From the NCBI RefSeq assembly GCF_001194135.2, contig NC_068982.1, positions 120,897,676 through 120,930,158 of the forward strand: a stretch of 32,483 nucleotides of DNA, read 5' to 3'. Made by a program: the position numbers and the translations under genes. The notes beneath the pieces were generated by a model. It had not been told where the DNA came from. It searched no databases and was given only the letters and a program-made list of their open reading frames with translations. The stretch's first letter is position 1. Each line of letters begins with the position of its first letter. The stretch is from Octopus bimaculoides. Lineage: Eukaryota. Of the stretch, positions 1 through 11,165 are shown piece by piece.

Positions 1-12
1 ATATTTATATAC

Positions 13-158
13 CCCTCAAGTCACACTTTATCAAATTAAATAAAGAGTGTAAGTACATTGCCATCCTCAATATACAAAGAGGTGGAATGGTTACGTCTGG
101 AGCGCTTCTTGCCATACGTCTGCTCGCTAAGATCTGACCTGTGGCTAAACAACAATAA
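13..158 (+). mobile_element. Fragment of dispersed repeat family C (SINE-like 3' module ending ...ctgacctgtggctaaacaacaa)
   Basis: By-eye similarity to copies at ~925-1085, ~2705-2835, ~15465-15655, ~19125-19290 and ~25000-25170 (shared motifs ctagaaatagcagccaaat, ggataatgtagtcctagat, gatggtcatggctggaatgcc, ctgacctggggcta). Confidence 0.55.
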
Positions 159-196
159 TTTTTTTGCACACTTTTTAAATTTATCTCATTATCACT

Positions 197-197
197 T

Positions 198-256
<59 letters not shown>

Positions 257-620
257 TCACTTCTTTCTCTCTCTTTCTCTTTTTCTCTTCACCACATCTA
301 AGTCACTTCTTACTGTCTTTTAATCTGTCAATACTTTTTTCACCCTCTCTCTAACTTACTATACATCTCTGTCACACATATTCTCTCTCCTTCTCTCCAC
401 TTTCAAAACCTCCGTTTGTTTCTCTCGCTTTCTGTCACCCCCTCTCTCTCTCACTCTATCTCTCTCTACCTCTTTCTCTTTTATCATTTCCCTCCTCCCT
501 GTTTTCTTCACCATGCATATGCAGACGCATACACGCACAAACATTTGTATGTGTGTGTGTATCTTATCTTTCACTCTTTCTCTCTCTCTATCGCGTGCGC
601 GCTCTCGCTCGGTCTCTCTG
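197..620. repeat. (CT)n microsatellite and CT-rich low-complexity tract
   Basis: Near-pure (CT)n at 197-253 and degenerate CT runs to ~620; explains ORFs 58..354, 359..625 and most of 416..775. Confidence 0.95.
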
Positions 621-639
621 ACCATTATCTCCTAATGAA

Positions 640-802
640 TCACCAAATCGAGTCAATTAATTTCACACAGCGGGCAGGTGTAGAGCCAGGAGGTGCAGTA
701 GGTGCAGGTGAGTTGGCAGTAGAAGCAACCGGGCTTGAAGTGCAAATACTAGATGCTGCAGGAAATGCAATATGAGGAGACATTTTGATATTTACAGAGA
801 AG
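640..802 (-). CDS. Candidate coding exon, Ser/Pro/Ala/Thr-rich (FSVNIKMSPHIAFPAASSICTSSPVASTANSPAPTAPPGSTPARCVKLIDSIW*); strand ambiguous
   Basis: GC-richer island with codon periodicity; minus-strand acceptor ctccctag| at 803/802 and TGA at 642-640. Alternative plus reading 671-775 (RAGVEPGGAVGAGELAVEATGLEVQILDAAGNAI*) has acceptor tttcacacag| at 670 and donor CAG|GTGAGT at 707/708. Confidence 0.3.
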
Positions 803-924
803 CTAGGGAGATGTTATATCAGAAAGTTAACACAGCTTGTCTAATTCAAGGATAGAAACGTATTCAACCAAGCGGACATTTACTACTGTAACTAACTTGT
901 GGCTATTGTTAGCTACTGGCGATC

Positions 925-1085
925 ACATTTTTAAACATGCTAGACACGGGGTATCTTCTACTCGATCGACTGATCTCTTAGAAATAACAAACAAATCTCC
1001 CTCACATTACTCCCTGCTTATGTTTATTTTTAACGTTTTAAGGCAGGATACATTGGATATGTAGTCTTAGATGTATCTTCAAAGA
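925..1085 (+). mobile_element. Family C dispersed repeat fragment
   Basis: ttagaaataacaaacaaatctccctca...ggatacattggatatgtagtcttagat matches the other family C copies in the window. Confidence 0.55.
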
Positions 1086-1161
1086 CTTCTGGTACGCTTT
1101 TAATTATTAGTTTGCTATGATCAAGATTCAACTACATCTAAACATTAGCAATAACATGTTA

Positions 1162-1592
1162 ATTTCAAATTTTGGCACAAGGCCAGCAACTTCGGAAGAG
1201 GCGGGGGTAAGCTGATTACATTGGCCCCAATACACAACTGGTACTTAATTTATCGACCCCGAAAGGATGAAAAGTAAAGTCGATTTCAGCGGAATTTAAG
1301 CTCAGAAAATAAAGCCGGGCGAAATGCCACTGAGCATTTTGCCCTGCATGCTTACGTTTCTTATTTATTTACTGCCCACAAGGGGCTACACACAGAGGGG
1401 ACAAACAAGGACAAACAAACGGATTAAGTCGATTATATCGACCTCAGTACGTAACTGGTACTTATTTAATCGACCCCGAAAGGCTGAAAGGCAAAGTCGA
1501 CCTCGGCGGAATTTGAACTCAGAACGTAACGGCAGACGAAATACCGCTAAGCATTTCGCCCGGTGTGCTAACGTTTCTACCAGCTCGCTGAC
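1162..1592 (-). mobile_element. Dimeric tRNA-derived SINE (family A: A1 unit 1361-1592 plus head-truncated A3 unit 1162-1360)
   Basis: Minus strand has A-box-like (ctggtagaaacg) and B-box (gagttcaaattcc) motifs, central gtcgactttgcctttca...cggggtcgataaataagtaccag; junction aaata|agaaacgt same as at 7759/7760; probable TSD aataacatRtta at 1150-1161 and 1602-1613. Confidence 0.9.
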
Positions 1593-1772
1593 TTCATCAG
1601 AAATAACATATTAGAAACTGTTTATAATATGTGTGTGTGTATGTATATATGTATGCACGTATATATGTGAATGAGCATGTATGAATGTGTGTGTATGCAT
1701 GTGTATGTGCGTGTATCTTTATGTGTGAGTGTGGTGGGAGGGGTGTTCATTTATTACTTTAATCAATGATTT

Positions 1773-1937
1773 ATGGCAGAATCGTAAGGGCTCTGCTCGA
1801 AATGCCTTAAAGTATCAAGTCACATATCTTCTCCATTCTGTGTTCATATCCCACCAGGGTTCGAACTTGCTTTTATCCTTCCTGCCTTGATAAAAATAAA
1901 GTACCAATCAAATATTAAAGCTGATTTAACTGACTGT
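1773..1937 (+). mobile_element. Degenerate family A SINE
   Basis: tggcagaatcg head, gaaatgcc, ttttatccttcc...ttgataaaaataaagtacca core. Confidence 0.65.
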
Positions 1938-2069
1938 ACTTCGTCTTCATAAATTGTAGGCTGTATTGTTTCAAAGTTAGCATTATTTGATAATGTAGAA
2001 ACACTTTATTGCCAACACCAGGACCGCAACAACATCAGAAAGAGCAACCAAGCTACTCACTCAAGCATC

Positions 2070-2340
2070 ACTTCGCACTATAAAACACGGTTCTGCTATT
2101 TCTTGCTGAACAAGATGCACAAATGATTTGTTTATAGTGATCAAATGTTTGTACATTGGCACACTCTCTCCATCAAATCAATGTTGCCTGAACAAATGCA
2201 CGATGTACCACGTGTCAGATATCGAAGTGATCGTAGTGTTTTGCTGAAGAACATAATGCCCCACCCGGTCCAGGAATTGAAACCACGATCTCGTGATCAT
2301 GAGTACAACACAGTAACCACTATGCCATACACCCTCACCA
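2070..2340 (-). mobile_element. tRNA-derived SINE (head at 2340 end)
   Basis: Minus strand ggtgtatggcatagtggtta (A-box) ... ggtttcaattcctggaccggg (B-box), then tgttcttcagcaaaacact core like that at 27990-28205. Confidence 0.75.
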
Positions 2341-2472
2341 CTAAAAAAATACAACGAGCTTATTACACCCTCCACAATACAGACATACTCGCACATACAC
2401 AATCAGCACACATACACACACACACATATATGGACGTGCCCTTTTCGTCTTCCTCGATTACTCATCAAGCAA

Positions 2473-2520
2473 CGAAGGAGAAAAAGTTCGAAGGAGAAAA
2501 AGTTCGAAGGAAAAAAAGTT
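2473..2520 (+). repeat. 16-bp tandem repeat x3 (cgaaggagaaaaagtt)
   Basis: Units 2473-2488, 2489-2504, 2505-2520 (one mismatch in the third). Confidence 0.9.
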
Positions 2521-3149
2521 GGGATCAAATTCGCTCGTCCAAGCCTCAAAACCGAAATTTTGGTGTATCAAAAGTTATAGAAGAGAGCTTAAAACCTATC
2601 AACAACTAGCTTCCAAAACAGCAATATTAACAATAACAACATAGAAAATAACAGTAATAACAACAGACGATCAGCGCCTGCAAGATATCAACAGCTTTTA
2701 TGTAGTCATTCGGCTGGTTAGAAGTAACAGCCAAATATTCCTCCAATTACACCCTTCATTAAAATGAAGGACGTATTAAACAATGTAGCCTATTGCCTGA
2801 AAAGACCATAGTTACGACTGGAATGCCTTTCATTATAGTTATCCTCTATCATCAAAAACTAAATCAACAAACACTTCTCAACTTTGCTTTTATCCTTAAA
2901 TGAATTGACAAGTTAGTTGATGAATTTTCACCTATAACAGCATATTGACGCATGGCAGAAAAGCATCGATGGACACCTCTGAAAAACCTGACTGACATAT
3001 GGTAAAAACCATAATAAGGATCTACAGAACAAAGAAGTTTGGGTTCCATATAAAGTACCAATACTCTGAAAAAAAGGGTAACAAAATCTGTTAAAACTGA
3101 GCCCCTCGAAGTGCTCTAATAGATTAAATTACTTTTCCTACTTCTTTCT

Positions 3150-4460
3150 CTTACAAACAAATCTTTTACAAGAATATACATGGTTTGTGGATGAAGCAAG
3201 GACATTTGCTAGATGATCTTAGATTACCCAGTATTGATATAGAAACCATTAACGAACAATTTCTGAGATGCACGACCTGGTGCTTCTAGATAACGAGTTG
3301 TAATTGACCAGGAAAAATGGATAGCAGGCCTGTGTGTAAAAAGTAAGGATAAACTACCGAGATCTGCGTGATTGATCGATGATCCACGATATGTACGACG
3401 GTTGACGCGGCGCCTTAACAACTCATAGCTATTTATACCAGGATCGGGGCAAGGAAACTAAACTCCTTCATATCTGGAAGTAGTCTTTGGAGTATCCTGT
3501 TCATTTGTGTTAATAGGCAATTAGAATGATATTTTTTGATTCACGTTGGGGTTGCATGAAAGTAGCCGGTTGAATAGTCAGTTTCAAAAGCCTTGGAAAT
3601 CTTCTCAGGCCTTGATTTTTCTGAAGCTATCAATGTAAAATTGGACAAACTTCATAGTCTTCTAAACCGTATATTATTAGGTCCGCAAGAAGAGTTAGCG
3701 TATAACATCAAAACTTTCAGGTAGTCTGTTACACAAGTTTGTTCTACGCTTTCAGTTAATGACATATAGACACGGACCTAATTGTTGGAAACTGGTATAT
3801 GATAAATGAATTAAGGAAAATTAACACTGACAACCACTGACAATAAGTAGTGGGTATCTCTAAATAAGAACGATTAGACTATAGGTTAACGATAGAAAAT
3901 TGTAGATTAGTAGGAGACCTAGTAAGCCTTTGAAAGAAGGTGATATTAAAATGGTGCTCGACAATTTCTTTTACGCAAATCGAAAAGATTGCAGTGCCCG
4001 ACCTATGCAACATGAGTGAAACAAAAATCGTTCAACTGACCCTTGTAGCAGAAGCGTGATGAGATAAAAAAAAAAAAAAAAGACATAATTCTGTCTCTGA
4101 TGGGAGCATCTGATCAGGTTCTGAGAAGATATGTGCTGTTTTTCAACGGCACTTCAAACAATTGTTTTGCCAGAAGAGTTGGGATGAGACGAATAACTGC
4201 AGAAATCCGGCAGCGGAGATGTGAGAGGCTTTGTGTTGTTATACGAAGAGTTTGGTTGGTCTGCCTCACGAAATGGAAGCTGAAAAAGGAAACTGTGATA
4301 ATTCTATACCTTTAACTCGGCAAAATTCAAGGTTAAAGATTTTTGAAAAAGATGTTTAAAACTATTTAAAAATACAAAGAGTTGTTTGCTGTTTATAGAA
4401 CCATTGATACTGCATAAACCTGAGTCATTCCTGACAGATCGATCCCAGATAACGTTTACC
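3150..4460 (+). pseudogene. Decayed L1/Tx1-clade LINE ORF2 fragment (APE endonuclease, linker, start of RT)
   Basis: Ordered motifs across frameshifts and stops: NIHGL..KQGHLLDDL (~3173), LIAIY (~3422), VLIGN*ND (GDFN-like, ~3507), WTN, LNRIL (~3662), HKF..GPNCWKL (~3774), DNK*WVSL, ICAVFQRHF (~4129), GLPHE (~4258), KGNCDNSIPLTRQNSRLKI and IPDRSIPDN (~4430). Confidence 0.8.
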
Positions 4461-4504
4461 TTAAGCTAGTTTTTTTAATAGAGCTCTAATCAATTTAGAT
4501 TGAT

Positions 4505-5124
4505 ATTGTCTTAAAATTTTACGGTTTGGTTCGGCTTTAACGATATCCTAGCGACTCGACTACGATGCGATCTCCACACGTCGTTTTACTTGTCAGGTGA
4601 AATTTTAACACCAATATGTTAGCAACCAATCAGTGACCAGTAATGTGTATCTTGCCTCACATTCCCAACTGGCAACTAATTCATTCTCCACACTTTCAGT
4701 AACTCTTAGAACTCACTACATTGATGATCCTGGCGTAATAAAAGTATATAGCGGTCCTAATGCCTCTGAGATATTTATTGGTTATTTATATCATCTGTGA
4801 TAAATTAACAATGTTGTTTGATGCCTCAATCACGTATTGTCATTAGTGATTGACCTAATCGCTTCTTTGAAAATTTGCATGATAATAAACTATTATTTAT
4901 TACACAATATTCCTAGTGTCTAAATTAATGAACTCCTTGCTGGTTTGAACGTCAGAAAATACCCATTCAACTGGGTCGCTGATAAATCGGTGACATTTAG
5001 GTTGAAGACATAAAATTTCACCCATCAAGTAAGGTGATGAGACAAGATCGCATTGTAGTCTAGTCGCTACAATATTTATGACAAAATAAAGCTGAACCAT
5101 GCGTTATACCGTAACAATCTAAAA
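4505..5124. mobile_element. Fold-back / MITE-like element with long imperfect terminal inverted repeats
   Basis: 4505-4680 is the imperfect reverse complement of ~4970-5124 (tagcgactcgactacgatgcgatct vs agatcgcattgtagtctagtcgcta; ggtgaaatttta vs taaaatttcacc; ggttcggcttta vs taaagctgaacc); no coding capacity. Confidence 0.75.
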
Positions 5125-5385
5125 CAGTAATTCTCAACCGGGATCAAATATGACGCTTGGGGGTCCATATAAGATTTTGTTGTTCAATTTTATGAGCAAA
5201 AAAAAAGTGGTTATACTTCCACAGTACACAAGATATTTTAACTAATTTTTTACGCAGTTACAAATAATATTTAAATATAAAAATTTAATAGCACTTTTTT
5301 AAAGACATTGAATGGCTACGAGAATCCATCTGAGTAAAATAGGAATCAAAGAGGCACATAGGGAAAAATTGGTTCAGAATCACTG
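5125..5385. mobile_element. Non-autonomous hAT (Charlie-type) MITE, 261 bp
   Basis: TIRs cagtaattctcaacc / ggttcagaatcactg; 8-bp flanks atctaaaa (5117-5124) and gtctaaag (5386-5393) resemble each other and the NTCTAGAN Charlie target. Confidence 0.8.
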
Positions 5386-5424
5386 GTCTAAAGCTTTCGA
5401 CAAGGTCGCTCACCACTACATGGC

Positions 5425-5860
5425 TGCTATCGTAAGTGCTGGTCTCAGTTTTTTACGTCCTAAATTTAAATCCTACTGAGATCAATTCTACCTTTCATTC
5501 TTTCGAGGCCAATAACATAAAGTATCAGTTAAACAGAAGGATCGATTTAGTAAACTAACCCGTTCCCCTTACAATTGCTGGTATTATGCCTAAATTACAA
5601 ACAATCAAAGGTAGTGAGCTGGCAGAATCGTTAAAACGTCGGTATAAATGCCTTGCGATAGTTGTTCTGATATTCTATGTTCTAAGTTCAAATGCTTCCG
5701 AGATCAACTTTGCTCTTGATACCACCCGATCCAATGAAATCAAGTACGAGAAAAGTACGGGTAAATAATAAAAATATAAGGCCAAACAAGTACTATACAT
5801 GTACAGGGGTCGATGCTACCGACTTGCTCCTCCCCTCAAAACTGTTGGTTTTGTATCTGG
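5425..5860 (+). mobile_element. Two tandem degenerate family A SINEs (~5425-5608 and ~5612-5860)
   Basis: gtgagctggcagaatcgtt head at ~5617, agttcaaat B-box, ctttcattctttcgagg and ggggtcgat cores. Confidence 0.7.
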
Positions 5861-6261
5861 TCGCTTTGTGTTGTTGCGTGCTTTAACGACACAGTCATAC
5901 GCAGCACTATGTAGCTTGGTAACGTGTAAGAGTTTCATTTGTTTTCTGTTACACTGACAATGGTCTACGAAATATATATTCTACATTGTCAAGTACTGCT
6001 ATAATCTATATGTTGTATAAGTAAGTATGTAAGTTGTAGAGAGTGGAGACAAATATGTATTTGTCTGTACATTTTTAATTATTCCCAAGGTGCTGATTAT
6101 TATAAGAATTAGTTCTGCTTTTATTCCCCACATTCTTCTAAACTCCATTTCCAGTTTATTTAGATAATTACTCATAGACTATAGTCTGCTGCGACTAATA
6201 TTTCATTAGAAGTTATTTTCTTGCTGAACGTGTCCATCTCTTGGTGAATCAACAGTTAAGC

Positions 6262-6504
6262 AATCATCATCATCATCATCATCATCATCCTCATCATCAT
6301 CATCATCACCACCACCACCACCACCATCCTCCTTCTCCTTTCCTCCTCATCATCATCGACATCATCGTCGTCGTCGTCATTGTCATCATCATCATCATCA
6401 TCATCATCATTATCGTCATTGTCATTCTCATCATAAACACGATTCGCATCACCAACAACATTGCTAGCGGCACTTTCATTACCACCACTTGCGCTATCAT
6501 CATT

Positions 6505-6542
<38 letters not shown>

Positions 6543-6808
6543 AGCTACATCATCATCACCATAGCTACTACTGCTACCTTTACTATCACTACCATTCTAC
6601 CATCACCACCACAACTACTGCCATCACGGGTACTGCTACCACCACCACAACTACCACCACTACAACTAACACACACGACTATTGCTACTACTACTACTAC
6701 TACAACCAATGCAACTACCACCATTAAAACTGTCATCACCCTTACTACCACCTCCACTACTATCACCATTACTATTAATACAACTGCCACTGCAACAAAC
6801 ACCGTCAT

Positions 6809-6840
<32 letters not shown>
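6262..6840. repeat. Compound trinucleotide microsatellite (CAT)n/(CAC)n/(CGT)n/(ACT)n
   Basis: Directly visible; generates poly-H, poly-I, poly-M, poly-T and poly-V ORFs in several frames. Confidence 0.95.
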
Positions 6841-7528
6841 ACGTTCCAGCTCGCCCAGAGCCGCCTGAATTAATTTCTCAACCTTAGAGAAGGATAAACA
6901 ACAGACTTGAAATATTTCAACAAAAGAACAGCAGAAAAAGACGAAAGTGGGGTAGGCGAGGTTGGAGGAACACCATATGAATCGTGAAAGGAGCAGAGAG
7001 AAAAACAGTGTTTTGGACGACAGAGACAATGGCCCTGAAGGAATTCACAAAACATGCTGTTTTTTTTTAAAAAAAAATTCATTTCTTTATTATTTTACTT
7101 GCAGTATTTTTACACGTGACATCAATTATTTTCTTCGTGGCTGAATAATATATTTATAGCACACGGTCAGCAAAACTTAGAAGGTTAGAATAGCATCAGA
7201 AAAACTAATTGCAATATTCAGTATATCAATGCACATGTAATAGAAATTCGTTATTGTTTCTTTAAGGAATAATAATCTGTCATCTGTGAGTGGGTACGAA
7301 TCACAGGCACAAAATGCTAAGAGTGAGGAAAAGATTATGATTTTTTTTTTTTTTTTTAATGGAAATATTATAGAATGTTACTTCACATATACAGAACATT
7401 GTGTTAGAGAAGAAACAGTGAACCACGAAACACTTGTTGTTTGTCAAAAAGAAAATGAAGAAATGAAGTGGTTTGGCTATTTAACGTAACACTATGGCAG
7501 CCTATTTGTCGTGAATATGGTTATACAT

Positions 7529-7956
7529 AAGGTGGCGAGCTGGCAGAAACGTTAGCACGTCGAGCGAAATGCTTAGCGGTATTTCTTCTGCCGCTACGTT
7601 GTGAGTTCAAATTCCGCCGAGGTCGACTTTCCCTTTCATCCTTTTGGGGTCGATAAATTAAGTACCAGTTACGCACTTGGGTCGATGTGATCGACTTAAT
7701 CCATTTTCTGTCCTTGTTTTCCCCTCTATGTTTAGCCCCTTGTGGACAATAAAGAATTAAGAAACGTTAACACGCCGCGTGAAATGCCTAGCGGTATTTC
7801 GTCTGTTTTTAGGTTCTGAGTTCAAATTCCGCCGAGGTCGACTTCGCCTTTCATCCTTTCGGGGTCGCTAAATTAAGTACCAGTTGCGTACTGGTGTCGA
7901 TCTAATCGATTGGCCCCCTCCCCAAAAATTTCGGGCCTTGTGCCTAGAGTAGAAAA
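7529..7956 (+). mobile_element. Dimeric family A SINE (A1 7529-7759 plus head-truncated A2 7760-7956)
   Basis: Two bodies in tandem; whole dimer flanked by 16-bp TSD gaatatggtYatacat (7513-7528 and 7957-7972, one mismatch). Confidence 0.92.
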
Positions 7957-8019
7957 GAATATGGTCATACATGGATAAAATAAATAGTAAAGTGGAAAAA
8001 AGAGTTGGTTGATGAAGAT

Positions 8020-8335
8020 CAAACAATGAACTGGGAGAAAGATGCTGGAACTCATAAGGCTGGTTGATGACTGGAAAAGATGGTGGAAGAAGGTTTTGTC
8101 TCTTGCTGAATACTTATTGCCTTCTTAGGCATGATTTTAATTGAATGCACAGATAATAGGTGACACGTGAAGGAAATGTGACTACTAAGTCTAGTTGGTC
8201 TATTGACATCCAAAAACAAAATTGGATAATGGAGAGGATACAATATGTCCCGAATGCCACATTGCACTTTATACACTTCATGACTACATGTTCAACGGTG
8301 CAGTATCTTCAGGTGTACCATAATATAGTAGATAG
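8020..8335 (+). pseudogene. Possible piggyBac-like transposase C-terminal remnant
   Basis: Frameshifted GEDTICPECHIAL (~8230-8270) and LQVYHNI (~8305-8328) resemble the piggyBac C-terminal Cys-rich domain; KKKMKK* near 7445 could be the upstream KW motif split off by the SINE dimer; no TIR or TTAA found. Confidence 0.35.
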
Positions 8336-8502
8336 TAAATAAGAGTGCATGTCTACCTTAGGATACTTCATTTCCTATAATTTATCATTATATATCGGAG
8401 TGTTACCAAAACAATACAACTGGAGATTATACTTAGTTATCCAGCTGCTGGACGAGTTCGTATAGGATTGTTGGCATCAGTAGAATATGAGCTCAGAACA
8501 TA

Positions 8503-9374
8503 CTGTGTGTTCGGGCTAAATCTGACAGTTTGCATGAAAGGAAAACACAATATTTCACCCAAAAATAAAAGTATTTTTAAAAAATCAAAAGATATCAACT
8601 AGATTATGGTTGAGAGAAAGCAGCTTACTCACAGTACCCGCCCTAAGATTCCATCAGAGTCTCAACACAGATCTGGAACCTTGTACATGCGTTTCTCACT
8701 GTGACTCTGGCAAGTTCGTAGAACATCTCCTTCAGCTTGGTCACCAGCTCAGTCTTGATGTCACGAACAAACCAGTTGGTATCTTTCACAACCGCGTCCT
8801 ACACATAATAATCCATTGAATTACAATCGAGGGGATTAGGAGGCCAGAAATGAGGACCTGTGAAGGCGTAAAAATTCTAAGACAACTTCTAGCTCTTTCC
8901 AGAAGTATGGCAGGGAGCCATATCTGGCGGCCACACATATGACCTTCCAGTCTACAGCAGCTTCATATAGCCATCTGAAATGAGCTTAAGGTCTCGTTCA
9001 AAGAGGTGGAGATGGATTCTAGTGTGCGGACGCAGTTAGAACGCTTGCTGTATCTCTTCTTGCTGGCCACGGCTTCGTGTTCTCCGTTGCAGTAACCCAT
9101 GTCACGTCTAACAGCCTTTACAATGTTCACAGAGCATTGGGCAGTAGTCATGATATCGGCATTTTGATACACGGCGCGAATCGTCATGATATAGGTAACC
9201 CTTTATTGATATTCAGATGACTTCTAATGCACCTTGTCAGCTAACTTTTTCTCAACTACAGTTTTAATCTTTCTGCTCTCCAACGCTGTTGACTACTCAC
9301 CAATGCATCAAGTTATTTCTGAAAAAAAAAAGGGGGGTGGACAAAACGTCGTCAACTTTAGATCGAATACCCTG
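8503..9374 (-). mobile_element. Internally deleted Tc1/mariner DNA transposon with both TIRs
   Basis: Imperfect TIRs ctgtgtgttcgggctaaatctgac (8503-) and gtcaactttagatcgaataccctg (-9374), TA on both sides (8501-8502, 9375-9376). Confidence 0.85.
8625..9187 (-). pseudogene. Mariner-type transposase pseudogene (N-terminal part fused to C-terminal catalytic region)
   Basis: AGRSYVWPPDMAPCHTSGKS*KLS*NFYAFTGPHFWPPNPLDCNSMDYYV*DAV...ELVTKLKEMF...VRNACTRF...GGYCE* matches QQD.APCH and WPPNSPD.NP.DY.VW motifs; in-frame stops; first catalytic D region missing. Confidence 0.88.
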
Positions 9375-9404
9375 TAAAAAGATGACGATCCATTGATAAC
9401 AATT

Positions 9405-10160
9405 GTTTCTAGTTCAGTAGGAACGCCTGAAAATTAGAGAAAAATGGATAGTCGATACCTTCGACTCTAGTACTTGACTGGTACTTTATTTAATCTCCCC
9501 CAAATGAAAGACAAGGTTGACCCCTCCGTGATTTGAACTCAGAATGTAAGAAAGCCGGGAAAATTACCGGAAGGTATTTGTTCGTCTTTCTTACGATTCT
9601 GCCAATGGAGCGCCCTTAATAGTGTCTAATTCAGACACAAGGCTATCAATTTTTAAGAGAAGGGTATAAGTCAATGCCATCAGCCCCATTACTTCACTAA
9701 TACTTTATCTTATCGACCATGAAAGGATGAAAGGTAAAATTAACACCAGCAGAGTTTGAATTCAGAACACAGAGAACCGACACTCTAGCAAGTCTACCAA
9801 TTCACTGATAATAATCCTTTCTACTATAGGCACAATGCCTGAAATTCGTGGGGTGCAGGGGCTAGTGGTAGTCGATTACGTCGACCCCAGTGCCCAACTA
9901 GCACCTATTTTATCTCCCCCGAAAGGATGAAAGCAAAGTCGAACTTGGCGGAATTTGAACTCAGAACGTAAAGACAGATGAAAAGGTCGTTAAGCATTTT
10001 GTCCAGCGTCCAAAGTTAACCCCAGTAGAATTTGGATTCAGAACATAGAGAACCAACACTGCCAGCTCGTCGCCTTAAATCCACTGATAGTAATCCTTTC
10101 AATTATAGGCACGAGGCTTGAAATTCTGAGGAGAGGAAGCTAGTCGATTACTTCAACCAC
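9405..10160 (-). mobile_element. Head-to-tail cluster of about four degenerate family A SINEs
   Basis: Repeated gaaaggatgaaagg / tttgaactcagaa / ctgccagctcg motifs at ~9405-9620, ~9625-9805, ~9815-10075 and a partial copy ~10095-10160. Confidence 0.8.
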
Positions 10161-10199
10161 AGAACGCTTTACGAATAGGTATCACTATAATCCGTAGAT

Positions 10200-10418
10200 A
10201 AGGCAGCGAGCTGGCAGAGCCGTTAACACGCTGGGAAAAATGCTTAGAGGCATTTCGTCTGTCTTTACGTTCGGAGTTCAAATTCTGCCGGTGTCGATTT
10301 TGCCTTTCATCCTTTCAGGGTCGATAAAATAAGTACCAGTTGAGCAGTGGGGTCGATGTAATTGACTTATCGCCGCTTCTCACTTTGATGGTTTTGTACC
10401 AAAATTTGAAACCAATAA
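10200..10418 (+). mobile_element. Family A SINE (A3 tail)
   Basis: aaggcagcgagctggcagag head, ggagttcaaattc B-box, gcctttcatcctttcagggtcgataaaataagtaccag core, aaatttgaaaccaat tail. Confidence 0.9.
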
Positions 10419-10926
10419 TAACTATTATTATAATTATACATTCTCTTCCCTTACACCAAGTCCTGCCGATGATAAGAAATAACCAGGCGGTTAATTAAGA
10501 AAACGTGACTCTGAAGTAGGTGACACGTGACAAGAGCATCACTTGGAATTTGCATGTTGGAATGATTCTTACAACAGTAATATCTTTTAAAAATGTCCAG
10601 TGCAAACTGACCATATAAATACAGACTGAACAAGATGACGGATGTAGGATACCAGAATCAAACCAGAAGAAACACGGAAACATCAAATATTATCCGGATT
10701 TGTCCAAATATTATTGAAAACTGGACAGATGAGCGGAAGGTACTTATGTATGAGTCCATGTATGTATCTGTATATATGTGAGTATGTTTGTATCTACACA
10801 CTCACACATGCACACATGCATGTATTTATGGTCTTGTGTATGTACGTGCAGGTGTGAATCTGCATGCCTATGTATTTATAAGCATTCGCCTACATGCCGG
10901 AAGTTATACATGAATACATCGTTGTG

Positions 10927-10967
<41 letters not shown>

Positions 10968-10969
<2 letters not shown>

Positions 10970-11165
10970 GAGAATGTACGAAAAAACAACAACAGACGAG
11001 GACAGGTGGTGTAAATAACAAAAGGATGTATTAGTATGACGCTCGGGAATACGGAAAGTCTTTGACGTTTCGAGCTACGCTCTTCAATAGAAAGAATACG
11101 GAGACAAGGAGAAAAACACGGAGAAAAAAAATTGAATAGTGTTCAGTCAACGGTCAATCATAATA
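10968..11165 (-). mobile_element. Short Penelope-like (PLE) non-coding fragment between TA runs
   Basis: Flanked by (TA)n at 10929-10967 and atatatat at ~11168; pyrimidine-rich stretch followed by a hammerhead-like motif on the minus strand. Confidence 0.5.
11059..11095 (-). ncRNA. Variant minimal type-I hammerhead-like motif (core CUAUUGA)
   Basis: Minus: tcttt-CTATTGA-a-gagc(gta)gctc-GAAAC-GTC-aaaga; stem I 5 bp, stem II 4 bp, loopless palindromic ACGT stem III; core deviates from CUGANGA. Confidence 0.5.

Noticed and set aside
1565-1605. Minus-strand CTGATGA...GAAACGTT hammerhead-like string
   Set aside because: Formed by a SINE head plus flank; stem I at most 2 bp and A-A at the base of stem II; other SINE copies lack it
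1324-1614. Recurring peptides such as RNWYLFNRP...RRNLNSERNGRRNTAKHFAR (also 11393, 16363, 18919, 21494)
   Set aside because: Translations of the antisense strand of family A SINEs, not a gene family
6241-6887. Poly-His/Ile/Thr/Met ORFs
   Set aside because: Products of compound trinucleotide microsatellites, open in several frames on both strands, no splice context
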